Positions 47,565 to 56,541 of a stretch of 64,000 bases of DNA are shown here, in pieces. The stretch lies in contig JAKQOG010000048.1 of assembly GCA_029565395.1 (NCBI GenBank), forward strand, positions 206 through 64,205. The letters run 5' to 3'. The translations under genes and the position numbers were made by a program. Numbering within the stretch: position 1 is the first letter of the stretch; every line of letters begins with the position of its first letter. The DNA comes from Candidatus Hydrogenedentota bacterium. Its GTDB lineage: Bacteria > Hydrogenedentota > Hydrogenedentia > Hydrogenedentales > CAILVY01. The notes beneath the pieces are model-generated. The model worked only from the letters and a program-made list of their open reading frames with translations. It was not told the origin of the DNA and searched no databases.

Positions 47565-48188
47565 ATGTTTCATACGTTCGCCATGTTGAAACAAGGGGGC
47601 TGGACCATGGCGCCGCTGGGGATGTGTTCCCTGCTGGCGCTCGCCATCATTCTGGAACGGCTTCTTGCCTTGCGCCGCCGCGCCGTGATCGATCCAAAAA
47701 TCATGAGTGCCGTCGAGCACTGTGCAGGCGAGTCTTCCGCCACAACGCTCTTAAGCGCCTGTCAGCGCGCACAAGGGGCGTTCGCGGAAGTGATTGCCGA
47801 AGTATTGCGCTCCCGCCAACTCGATTACGAACATTGGGTGGAGAATATGCGCGCCGCCGGGCGGGTCCAAATGGGCAAACTCGAGCGCGGCCTCACCACG
47901 CTCGAAATCATCGGCGGGATCAGCCCCCTCCTGGGGTTGCTGGGTACGGTGCTGGGCATGGTGGACATGTTCAACGCGGTCTCCATTGCAGGGTTGGGGA
48001 ATCCCCAGGTTCTCTCCGATGGAATTGCCAAGGCGCTGATCACGACAGTGTGCGGATTGGTGATTGCCATTCCCGCCGTAGCCTTCCACGGCATATTCAC
48101 CCGCCGGGTCGAAGAACTCGCCACGGAGATCCAGGATCAGGCCATGAACCTCATCTTGCGCCTCCGTGCGGAACGCGATTCTGAATAA
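47565..48188 (+). CDS. MotA/TolQ/ExbB proton channel family protein
   Basis: 'GGWTMAPL', 'PLLGLLGTVLGM', 'GIAKALITTV.GLVIAIPA'. Confidence 0.93.
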   Translation: MFHTFAMLKQGGWTMAPLGMCSLLALAIILERLLALRRRAVIDPKIMSAVEHCAGESSATTLLSACQRAQGAFAEVIAEVLRSRQLDYEHWVENMRAAGRVQMGKLERGLTTLEIIGGISPLLGLLGTVLGMVDMFNAVSIAGLGNPQVLSDGIAKALITTVCGLVIAIPAVAFHGIFTRRVEELATEIQDQAMNLILRLRAERDSE

Positions 48189-48514
48189 GCTTTTACTGGC
48201 TCGGACCATAAAAATAAACACGTATATTCCAATACTTTTTTGCGGGAAGGCAAAAGATGACACCAGGGCATCAAGATAAGGCGGTGGTTTGTTCTATACA
48301 AGGAATGAATGATAAACTGGACGGAATATGAAACGGCGCCATGCCGGGTCAAGTCTAAGAATGGCGAGGTATGTAACGGTATTTCGCGCGGGATGTACTA
48401 CAACGAGAGGCCTGGTGACTTTTGAGTGTCTTGGAAAGTGCGTTAACACATTTAAGGGCAATGGCTTACATGAAATTTTCTCTGCGGAAGGTGTACAGAT
48501 CTCAACGGAATTAA

Positions 48515-51500
48515 ATGAATAATACTGCCACTCAAAAAAAATATCGTGTTGCGGTCCGCCGTCCGGTGGCCGTAACCATGTTTTTTATAACGTTGATCGT
48601 TTTCGGCTGGAAATCCTACCAGCAGTTGCCGGTCAACCTGATGCCGAACATCTCCTACCCCACCTTGACGGTTCGCACAGAGTATGAAGGGGCGGCTCCT
48701 GAAGACGTCGAAAAACTGGTAACGCGCCCCCTGGAAGAGGCCTTGAGCATTGTGGGGGGATTAGTGGAGATCAGCAGCGTTTCCACACCGAGCATATCGG
48801 AAATCTCGCTCGAATTTACCTGGGGAACCGATATGAATTTGGCCTTGCAGGAAGTCCGGGATCGCCTGGACTTGTTTGACCCCCCGAAAGAAGTGACGGA
48901 AAAGCCGATTATCCTTCGATACGACCCCTCGCTGGATCCGGTAATGCGCATTGCCATTACGGGGTCAAATTTTGATGATGTGGCGGATCCTGTCAAGCGC
49001 ACGGAATTGGAAACCAAAGAACTTACCGCCATCCGCGAAGCGGCCGAACGGCATGTAAAGGGAGACCTGGAAGCGCAAAGCGGCATTGCCCAAGTATTGG
49101 TTAAAGGCGGCCGGCAACAGGAAATCCAGGTGAGCGTGGATGCGGAACGCCTCAAGGATATCGGCATTTCGCTGAATGACGTGGCGAACGGGCTGGCCCA
49201 GCAAAATATCAATCTTTCCGGCGGCCGTTTGCGCGAGGGCAAGACTGAATACCTGGTCCGGACGCTGAATGAATATCGTGATCCTGCTGAAATTGCGAAT
49301 ACCATAGTCACTTCCGCCAAGGGGCAGAAAGTAATGTTGTCGGATGTGGCTGAAGTCAAGGTAGGAGAAAAGCAGCGGGAAACCATCGTACACATCAATG
49401 GCAAGGAAGCGGTGGCGCTGGACATATTCAAGGAAGGCGACGCCAACACGGTGGTGGTGTGCAATAAGCTCATGGATGTGTTCGGCTTTCCCCGGGAAAA
49501 AACCCTTGGCGAAAAATTCTCCGATTTATTTGCGGAGGCTCAAACCACACGCGTGGGACATGACGCCGTGGTGCAGGGCGGGTCTCTTGATCAGCTTGTT
49601 AAAATGGTCCTTTCCCGCCTGCCCAAAAACGCGGAATTTTCATTGATCAGCGACCAGTCGCGGTTTATCAAGGGCGCCATCAAGGAAGCCCAAAGCGCGG
49701 CGATATTGGGCGGCGTTCTGGCGCTTCTGGTGATCTTCCTGTTTCTGCATAAAATTAACACCACCATTATCATCGGATTGGCCATTCCCATTTCACTGAT
49801 CGCCACGTTCTGTCCCATGTACATGTGGGGTATAACCCTGAATGTAATGTCATTGGGCGGGCTGGCGCTGGCCGTCGGCCATCTGGTGGATGACTCCATC
49901 ATTGTATTGGAGAGCATTTACCGATGCACGGAAGAAGGCGATACGGGACTCGACGCCATTGAACGTGGGGTGAAAGAGATCTTATCGGCGGATGTTTCCA
50001 CCACCATCACCAACATCGTGGTATTCCTTCCGATAGCCTTTGTGCAAGGGGTGGCCGGGCAAATCTTCGGTAATTTCGCTTTTACCATGACCTTCTCGCT
50101 GATAGCCTCTCTGGTGACAGCGCTCTACTTGGATCCCATGCTGGCTTCCCTGGGCCGTTTCAAGGCAATGGGGAATCTGGATCGTATCTGGTTCATACGG
50201 GCCTATCAGACGGCGTTGGACGAGGGAGCGGGCGGGCGGTTGTCCGCCATGGCCAAGATGATTCCCATCAGCCTGCGTTTTGTGGGAATAGGAATCAAGG
50301 ACTCCGCACAGCAGGCCTTTGGGCCTTCAGTGAACTCCCTTCGAGAACTGGGACAAGGGGTAAGCCTGCGCCGCCTGTGCGTGGGTGTATTGGCGCTGTG
50401 CGCCATTCCCTTCGTGGCTGTGCTCTTTGTCTTGCAACTGCTCATCACCCTGCTTTCCACGCTTTTCCTGATGGCGCTTTTTATTATCGCCATCACGATG
50501 CTGGGAACGTTTTTACTTTCAGGCGGCGTTCTTAAGGTGGTGCTCTGGGCGCCGCTGTCCATCTTCAACATTGTGTTCGCGAGCGTTAAATACGCCTATT
50601 CGAAACTGTTGCGCGTGGCCCTCCAGTTTGGGCCGGTAGTACTGTTGGTTATGGCCGGTTTGGCGGGACATTCCTGGTACCTGACAAACTATCTGGGCCG
50701 CGAACTGATTCCACCGCTGAAACAGGGAGAATTCAGCATCCGCATGCAGGCGCCGCCGGGCACACGGCTGGAGGAAACGGAGAAGCTGGCGGACAAGATA
50801 GAAGAAGTGTTGCTAAATAACCCGAAAGTGGCTTCCGTGGGGGTGGAAATTGGCATAGAGAAGAGCAGCACGAAGGTGGAACGGGGCGAGAACATCGCCC
50901 AATTCAATATATTGCTTCGGGATCCGGAAGAAAATGCACAACATCAGGACGATATTGTTGCTGAGTTGCGGACACAGATCATGACGGTCTCTTCGGAACA
51001 AATCACGTTTGTTTTCCCCACGCTATTTAGTTTTAAGACGGCCGTTGAACTGGAAATCCGGGGCGATGATCTGGAAGAACTCAAGCGGGTGGGCGCGCGC
51101 GCCCTGGAAGCGGTGCGCGACATCCCCGGCTTGAAGGATGCAGAACTCAGCGTAAAACGGGGGTATCCAGAAGTAATCATCGAACTGGATCGCGACCTTC
51201 TGGCCTCAAAGAATCTTTCACCGATTCAGGTGGCGCAAAAACTGCGCACGGAAATTCAGGGAGACGTAGCCACGCGGTTCAGCCAGGGCGGCGAGCGTAT
51301 CGACATCCGTGTCCGTTCTGATCAGACGCGATTACAGACTATCCAGGATCTGCGTTCTCTGTCGATCGTGGATGGCAATCCGCCCATACCGCTATCTTCC
51401 GTGGCCAACATCAGCATTCAAGACGGTCCGAGTGAAATCCGGCGCATAGACCAGCGCCAGGTTGTGCTGATTCAGGGCAACGTGGAAGGGTTCGACTTGG

Positions 51501-52099
51501 GCAGCGTTTCGCGGGAAATCGAAAAGCGGATGCAGCACGTGGAAAAACCCGACGATTTCAGCTTTGTGCTGGGCGGCCAAAACCGTGAACTTCAAACGTC
51601 ATACGGCAGTCTGATGTTTGCGTTGATGCTGTCGATTTTCCTGGTGTATGTGGTGATGGCGTGCCAGTTTGAATCCTTGATACAACCGGCGCTGATCATG
51701 TTTACCATTCCCCTTGGCTTTATTGGTGTTATTGACGCGCTTTATCTATTAGATATGCCGCTGAGCATCGCGGTCTTCATGGGCGGCATCCTGCTCGTGG
51801 GAATTGTGGTGAATAACAGCATGCTGCTGGTGGATTATGCCAACCAGCTCCGTAAGCGCGGGCGTACCCGCCGCGAAGCCATTTATGAGTCGGGATTGGT
51901 CCGGTTTCGCCCGGTGTTAATGACCGCCATCACCACGATTATCGGCGCGGTGCCCATGGCGCTGAGCGGCGGGGATGGCTCCGAATTGCGCAAGCCGTTG
52001 GCGGTTACCGTGATTGCCGGGCTTACAGTGGCCACGATGTTAACCCTCGTGATTATCCCCGTGGTATATGACCTATTCGGTGGACGGGACAAACGGTGA
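48515..52099 (+). CDS. RND efflux permease (AcrB/AcrD/AcrF family), subunit 1
   Basis: 'RRPVAV', 'YEGAAPEDVE..VT.PLE', 'LVDDSIIVLE', 'RFRPVLMT'. Confidence 0.93.
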   Translation: MNNTATQKKYRVAVRRPVAVTMFFITLIVFGWKSYQQLPVNLMPNISYPTLTVRTEYEGAAPEDVEKLVTRPLEEALSIVGGLVEISSVSTPSISEISLEFTWGTDMNLALQEVRDRLDLFDPPKEVTEKPIILRYDPSLDPVMRIAITGSNFDDVADPVKRTELETKELTAIREAAERHVKGDLEAQSGIAQVLVKGGRQQEIQVSVDAERLKDIGISLNDVANGLAQQNINLSGGRLREGKTEYLVRTLNEYRDPAEIANTIVTSAKGQKVMLSDVAEVKVGEKQRETIVHINGKEAVALDIFKEGDANTVVVCNKLMDVFGFPREKTLGEKFSDLFAEAQTTRVGHDAVVQGGSLDQLVKMVLSRLPKNAEFSLISDQSRFIKGAIKEAQSAAILGGVLALLVIFLFLHKINTTIIIGLAIPISLIATFCPMYMWGITLNVMSLGGLALAVGHLVDDSIIVLESIYRCTEEGDTGLDAIERGVKEILSADVSTTITNIVVFLPIAFVQGVAGQIFGNFAFTMTFSLIASLVTALYLDPMLASLGRFKAMGNLDRIWFIRAYQTALDEGAGGRLSAMAKMIPISLRFVGIGIKDSAQQAFGPSVNSLRELGQGVSLRRLCVGVLALCAIPFVAVLFVLQLLITLLSTLFLMALFIIAITMLGTFLLSGGVLKVVLWAPLSIFNIVFASVKYAYSKLLRVALQFGPVVLLVMAGLAGHSWYLTNYLGRELIPPLKQGEFSIRMQAPPGTRLEETEKLADKIEEVLLNNPKVASVGVEIGIEKSSTKVERGENIAQFNILLRDPEENAQHQDDIVAELRTQIMTVSSEQITFVFPTLFSFKTAVELEIRGDDLEELKRVGARALEAVRDIPGLKDAELSVKRGYPEVIIELDRDLLASKNLSPIQVAQKLRTEIQGDVATRFSQGGERIDIRVRSDQTRLQTIQDLRSLSIVDGNPPIPLSSVANISIQDGPSEIRRIDQRQVVLIQGNVEGFDLGSVSREIEKRMQHVEKPDDFSFVLGGQNRELQTSYGSLMFALMLSIFLVYVVMACQFESLIQPALIMFTIPLGFIGVIDALYLLDMPLSIAVFMGGILLVGIVVNNSMLLVDYANQLRKRGRTRREAIYESGLVRFRPVLMTAITTIIGAVPMALSGGDGSELRKPLAVTVIAGLTVATMLTLVIIPVVYDLFGGRDKR

Positions 52100-55000
52100 A
52101 ATTCTCATTGCCATCGTTTTCGCTGAGGCACCCCGTCACGGTGCTGATGGTGTTGGTGTCCATCGTCGGGGTGGGGCTTATTGCGTGTTTCCGGATGCCG
52201 GTGAAATTTCTTCCTGAAATGGATTTTCCATTTATCCGGTGCTTTATCCCCTATCCGGGGGCCACGCCTGAACAGGTGGAAAATGAAGTCGCCATCCCCG
52301 CCGAGGGAGAGTTCAGAACGATACCGGGAGTCCGCCGAATCAACACCATCTCCAACAGCGACGGATGCAGCGTTAATCTCCGTTTTGAAGACAGTGTCAA
52401 TATGTCCACCGCATCCGCGGAAGTTCGCGACCGGATGGAGCGCCTCAAACTGAGACTCCCCAAGGAAGTGGACAAACTGTTTCTTGCCCGGCACAGCATC
52501 AACTCGTTGCCCATCATGGCCGTAGGGCTTTTCCGCGGGGGCGACGAGGCGGAATTTATCCACTTGGTGCGGACGGTAGTGGAACCGCGATTAAAACGCC
52601 TGGATGGCGTGGCGGAAGTAAGGGTATTCGCCAGCCGGCCAGAACCCGAAGTGTTGATTGAATTTGATCAAAACCTGCTGCGCACGCACAACATCGCCCT
52701 ATATCAGGTTATCACCTCCCTGCAGACCGCCAATCTGAATTTGGCCGTCGGAGACCTCTCTGAAGGTGAAACCAAGTATTTCGTCCGGGTGGCGGGAGAA
52801 ATGAAGCGTCCGGAAGACCTTGCCAACATCATTGTTTCCCCCGCGGGCCTGCGCCTGAAAGACATCGCGAAAGTAGGTTTCCGTACCCGGGAAATGGAAG
52901 GCCATTATGACATAGACAGCAAAGGCGGCGGGTTCGTGCTGATCATGAAAGAGTCTGAGGCGAACACGGTGCAAACCTGCCATGGGGTGCGTGACGAACT
53001 GGAAAACATCAAGAAGGAATCCGTGTTCGCCGGAACCGAGAGTCTCGTATTCTTTGATCAGGCGGACTTGATTGAATACGCGTTGAACGGGCTGAAAGAA
53101 GCGGGTTTGGGCGGCGCCTTTATGGCGATTATCGTGTTGTATGCATTTCTGTTGCGGCTGCGTCCAACCTTGGTGGTGACCTTGGCGATTCCCACTTCGC
53201 TCATCTCGTCGGTGGCGTTCATGTTTTTTGCGGGCATGACGCTCAATGTAATTACGATGGTTTCTCTGATCGTGGCGGTGGGCATGCTGGTGGACGATGC
53301 CATTGTGGTGATCGAAAATATTTACCGCCACCACCAGAACGGCGAAGACCTGGTGGTGAGTTCGGAAAAGGGCGCGTCGGAAGTGGTGATTGCGGTAACC
53401 GCTTCCACACTCACCATCATGGTGGTGTTCATTCCCGTGCTTTATATGCAGAGCGGGGAAATGGCGGTGCACATGAAACAATTCGCGGTGCCCATGTGCG
53501 CGGCGCTTTTCGCCAGTCTTTTCGTGGCGTTCACGCTTATCCCACTGGCCACAAGCCGCATGAAGGACACCTCGCTGCTCGATGTGTTGCGCCGGTGGCG
53601 GCAGCGAAATAAGTCTGCGGAACGCCAGGGATGGTTCGCGCGTGCGTTTAACGTGCATCCCTTCACGTGGGTGATCCGGGCATATGCCATAAGCCTGGAT
53701 TGGGCGCTGAAACGGCGGACGCTGGTCGTTATGGGGCTCATTTTGTTATTGGTTGGCACGGTGGCGCTGCCCTACCAGAAAGTAGGAATGCAAAGCATGC
53801 CCACGCTTGATATGCGCCAGATCGACATCGACGTGGAACTCGAGCAAAACTTTGACTTGGCCATGACTACGAACACGTTTGACATGTTGAAAAAAACGGT
53901 CGACGAATTGCGGGATCAATTGGGCATTAAGAATGTGTTCACCCACTACTCCACCAGTATGGGCACAATCACTATCTATCTGAAAAAAGATGAAGATTAC
54001 CCAGCCGGGGAATTCCCTCCCTACAAGACCAAAGAGGCATTGGCTTTTTTGCAAGAACGCATCCCAAAACGGATGCCCGGCCGCCAGATAAAAATCTCGA
54101 TGCCGGAAACCGGCCGGGAAGAAGGACAGAAAGCCAGCATGGTCTCCGTGCGGCTCCGAGGCGATGACTCGCGGATGCTGGAGAATCTGGCAAATAGTTT
54201 TTCAAAGGTAATGGCGGGTGTGCCCAATATCAGCGATGTAAAAGTGAACCGCGACCAGTTGAAGCAGGAAGTCCAACTGGCGATTGACACACCCCTTGCG
54301 AGTAATGCCGGAATCAGCCCCATGATTGTGGCGCGCACAGTGGATGTGGCGTTGCGCGGCAACCGCATGCCCCCCTTGAAACAGCGGGGCCGTGAGTTTC
54401 CGGTATGGGCGCAGTTTCAAGAAGAAGATCGTAAAAGCCGGTCGAATCTAGACAATGTATCGGTGTTTAGCGGTCTGGGGGGATTGGTGCCCCTGAATCA
54501 ATTGGTGACCTATGACAAGGCCTTCAGCCCTACCTCCATCGAACGTGTTGATGGACGGAACGTCATCACGGTCTCAGGGCGCGTTTCCACAAACATATTA
54601 TCCATAGTGTTGAAAGACCTGGAGGGCGTGGTCAACTCCTTCGAGTTGCCCACGGGGTACACCATCGATCTGGGCTATGAATTCGACGAACTGCGGCACA
54701 ATATGGCAAACTTTTTCGCCACGCTCATGTTCGCGGTCGTCCTGGTGTACATTGTAATGGCGGCGCTGTTTGAAAGCCTGGTGCTGCCGCTTTCAATCCT
54801 GGTTTCCATACCCTTGGCCTTTGTTGGGGTGTATTGGGGGATGTTTTTCATGCGAACGCCCTTGGATACCATTGGCCTTATCGGATGCATCCTGATGGTG
54901 GGAGTGGTGGTGCGCAATGGAATTGTAATCGTGGATCACATCAATTTTCTCCGGCTGGAAGGCATGCCGCGCCATGACGCGGTGGTTCAAGCTGGCCATG

Positions 55001-55299
55001 ACCGCTTCCGGCCGGTGGTGATGACGGCGCTTACCACCATCCTGGGCGTAGTTCCGCTTGCATTCGAAGCCAGGGCCGGCAGCACGGTGTCATTCGTGAG
55101 CTTAGGCCGTTCGTTCATCAGCGGCTTGACCACAGGCACTATTTTAACCCTGGCGATTGTTCCGCTTTTTTATACACTCATTGAAGACATGAAGGATTAT
55201 TTCTTTACCGCTCTAATCCGTTTTCTGCAAATAATCCGGAGCGGAAAGCAGTCCGCCGATACCTCTCCCACCGAAATCTCTCCCGCCGAAACCCCGTAA
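52096..55299 (+). CDS. RND efflux permease (AcrB/AcrD/AcrF family), subunit 2
   Basis: GTGA overlap with the upstream stop; 'YPGATPEQVE', 'GMLVDDAIVVIENI', 'RFRPVVMT'. Confidence 0.93.
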   Translation: MKFSLPSFSLRHPVTVLMVLVSIVGVGLIACFRMPVKFLPEMDFPFIRCFIPYPGATPEQVENEVAIPAEGEFRTIPGVRRINTISNSDGCSVNLRFEDSVNMSTASAEVRDRMERLKLRLPKEVDKLFLARHSINSLPIMAVGLFRGGDEAEFIHLVRTVVEPRLKRLDGVAEVRVFASRPEPEVLIEFDQNLLRTHNIALYQVITSLQTANLNLAVGDLSEGETKYFVRVAGEMKRPEDLANIIVSPAGLRLKDIAKVGFRTREMEGHYDIDSKGGGFVLIMKESEANTVQTCHGVRDELENIKKESVFAGTESLVFFDQADLIEYALNGLKEAGLGGAFMAIIVLYAFLLRLRPTLVVTLAIPTSLISSVAFMFFAGMTLNVITMVSLIVAVGMLVDDAIVVIENIYRHHQNGEDLVVSSEKGASEVVIAVTASTLTIMVVFIPVLYMQSGEMAVHMKQFAVPMCAALFASLFVAFTLIPLATSRMKDTSLLDVLRRWRQRNKSAERQGWFARAFNVHPFTWVIRAYAISLDWALKRRTLVVMGLILLLVGTVALPYQKVGMQSMPTLDMRQIDIDVELEQNFDLAMTTNTFDMLKKTVDELRDQLGIKNVFTHYSTSMGTITIYLKKDEDYPAGEFPPYKTKEALAFLQERIPKRMPGRQIKISMPETGREEGQKASMVSVRLRGDDSRMLENLANSFSKVMAGVPNISDVKVNRDQLKQEVQLAIDTPLASNAGISPMIVARTVDVALRGNRMPPLKQRGREFPVWAQFQEEDRKSRSNLDNVSVFSGLGGLVPLNQLVTYDKAFSPTSIERVDGRNVITVSGRVSTNILSIVLKDLEGVVNSFELPTGYTIDLGYEFDELRHNMANFFATLMFAVVLVYIVMAALFESLVLPLSILVSIPLAFVGVYWGMFFMRTPLDTIGLIGCILMVGVVVRNGIVIVDHINFLRLEGMPRHDAVVQAGHDRFRPVVMTALTTILGVVPLAFEARAGSTVSFVSLGRSFISGLTTGTILTLAIVPLFYTLIEDMKDYFFTALIRFLQIIRSGKQSADTSPTEISPAETP

Positions 55300-55340
55300 A
55301 AAAGAAATTGCCCCGTTATCCTGTGGAGAACGAGGCAATA
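55297..55340 (-). terminator. Putative intrinsic terminator for the fadN-fadA operon
   Basis: Imperfect attgcc..cgtt/aacg..ggcaat stem preceded on + by an A-run (T-run on the minus strand), between convergent genes. Confidence 0.45.
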
Positions 55341-55359
55341 ATGGATTTGATTCTTTAGG

Positions 55360-56520
55360 TTAGCAGAGTTCGAAGACGCCTGCGGCGCCCATGCCGGTGC
55401 CGATGCACATGGTTTCGAGGCCATATTTCACGCCACGGCGGCGCATCTCGTGGATCAACGTGGCGGCGAGCTTGGTGCCGGTGCATCCGAGCGGGTGGCC
55501 CAGCGCAATGGCGCCGCCATTCACATTGACGATACCGAGGTCGAGATTATAGTGCTTGACAACGTAGAGCGTCTGCGAAGCAAAGGCTTCGTTGCACTCG
55601 ACCAAGCCGATATCCTTGATGGTGATGCCCGCCTGCTTAAGGGCGTCATCAATCGCGGGGATTTGGGCCGGGCCGAGGTACTTGGGAGAACCCGCGCCTA
55701 CAGCATAACCGCGCAACTTGGCCATGGGCTTCAGGTTGAACTCTTTCAGGACATCCGGGCCGCAGATCACACTGGCCGCCGCGCCGCAACTGGTCTGGCT
55801 GGAGTTGCCCGCGGTGGCAACGCCAAGATCCGGCCTGGCCGCAAACGCCGGTTTCAGTTTGGCAAGCCCTTCCAGGGTCGTTTCCGCACGTGGACCCTCG
55901 TCCGTATCGAAGATATACATGCCCTTGGGGCCTTTTACTTCGAGCGGCACGATTTCTTCCTTAAACTTGCCTTCCTTAATCGCGGCGACGGCGCGCATGT
56001 TGCTCTGATAACCCAATTGATCGCATTCGGCGCGGGTGATGCTGAAGTCCTTGGCCACGTTATCGGCGCATTGGCCCATACTCGTGTAGGCTTCAGGATT
56101 GTTTTTCACCAGCCAGGGATTGGGCAACAGCTTGTTGCCGCCCATGGGGATCAGGCTCATGGACTCGATCCCGCCGGCCACCGCGCAATTCAGCATACCG
56201 GTTTCTATCTTGGCGCCGATGATCGCCATGGATTCCAGACCCGAAGAGCAGAACCGGTTGACGGTCACGCCGCTCACCGTATCCGGCAGACCCGCCGCCA
56301 GCGCCACAATGCGCCCGACGTTCATGCCCGATTCCGCTTCGGGAAATGCGCAACCCAGCAATACATCCTGGATGCGTTCGGGCGGAAGGCCGGAACGTTT
56401 CACGGCTTCTTTCACCACCACGGCGCCCATGTAGTCCGGGCGCGCATGGGCAATGAGGCTGCCCGCGCGCGACTTGCCAACCGCGGTCCGCACCGCTGAC
56501 ACTACATAAACCTTATCCAT
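55360..56520 (-). CDS. fadA: Acetyl-CoA C-acyltransferase (thiolase)
   Basis: NRFCSSG, NEAFA, GGAIALGHPLG, CIGTGMG motifs. Confidence 0.95.
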   Translation of the reverse strand: MDKVYVVSAVRTAVGKSRAGSLIAHARPDYMGAVVVKEAVKRSGLPPERIQDVLLGCAFPEAESGMNVGRIVALAAGLPDTVSGVTVNRFCSSGLESMAIIGAKIETGMLNCAVAGGIESMSLIPMGGNKLLPNPWLVKNNPEAYTSMGQCADNVAKDFSITRAECDQLGYQSNMRAVAAIKEGKFKEEIVPLEVKGPKGMYIFDTDEGPRAETTLEGLAKLKPAFAARPDLGVATAGNSSQTSCGAAASVICGPDVLKEFNLKPMAKLRGYAVGAGSPKYLGPAQIPAIDDALKQAGITIKDIGLVECNEAFASQTLYVVKHYNLDLGIVNVNGGAIALGHPLGCTGTKLAATLIHEMRRRGVKYGLETMCIGTGMGAAGVFELC

Positions 56521-56541
56521 AGGTCTTTTCTCCTTACCTGC

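Noticed and set aside
48328..48522. 64-aa ORF as a possible exbD or RND adaptor remnant
   Set aside because: No TM segment with the ExbD Asp motif and no MFP-like features.
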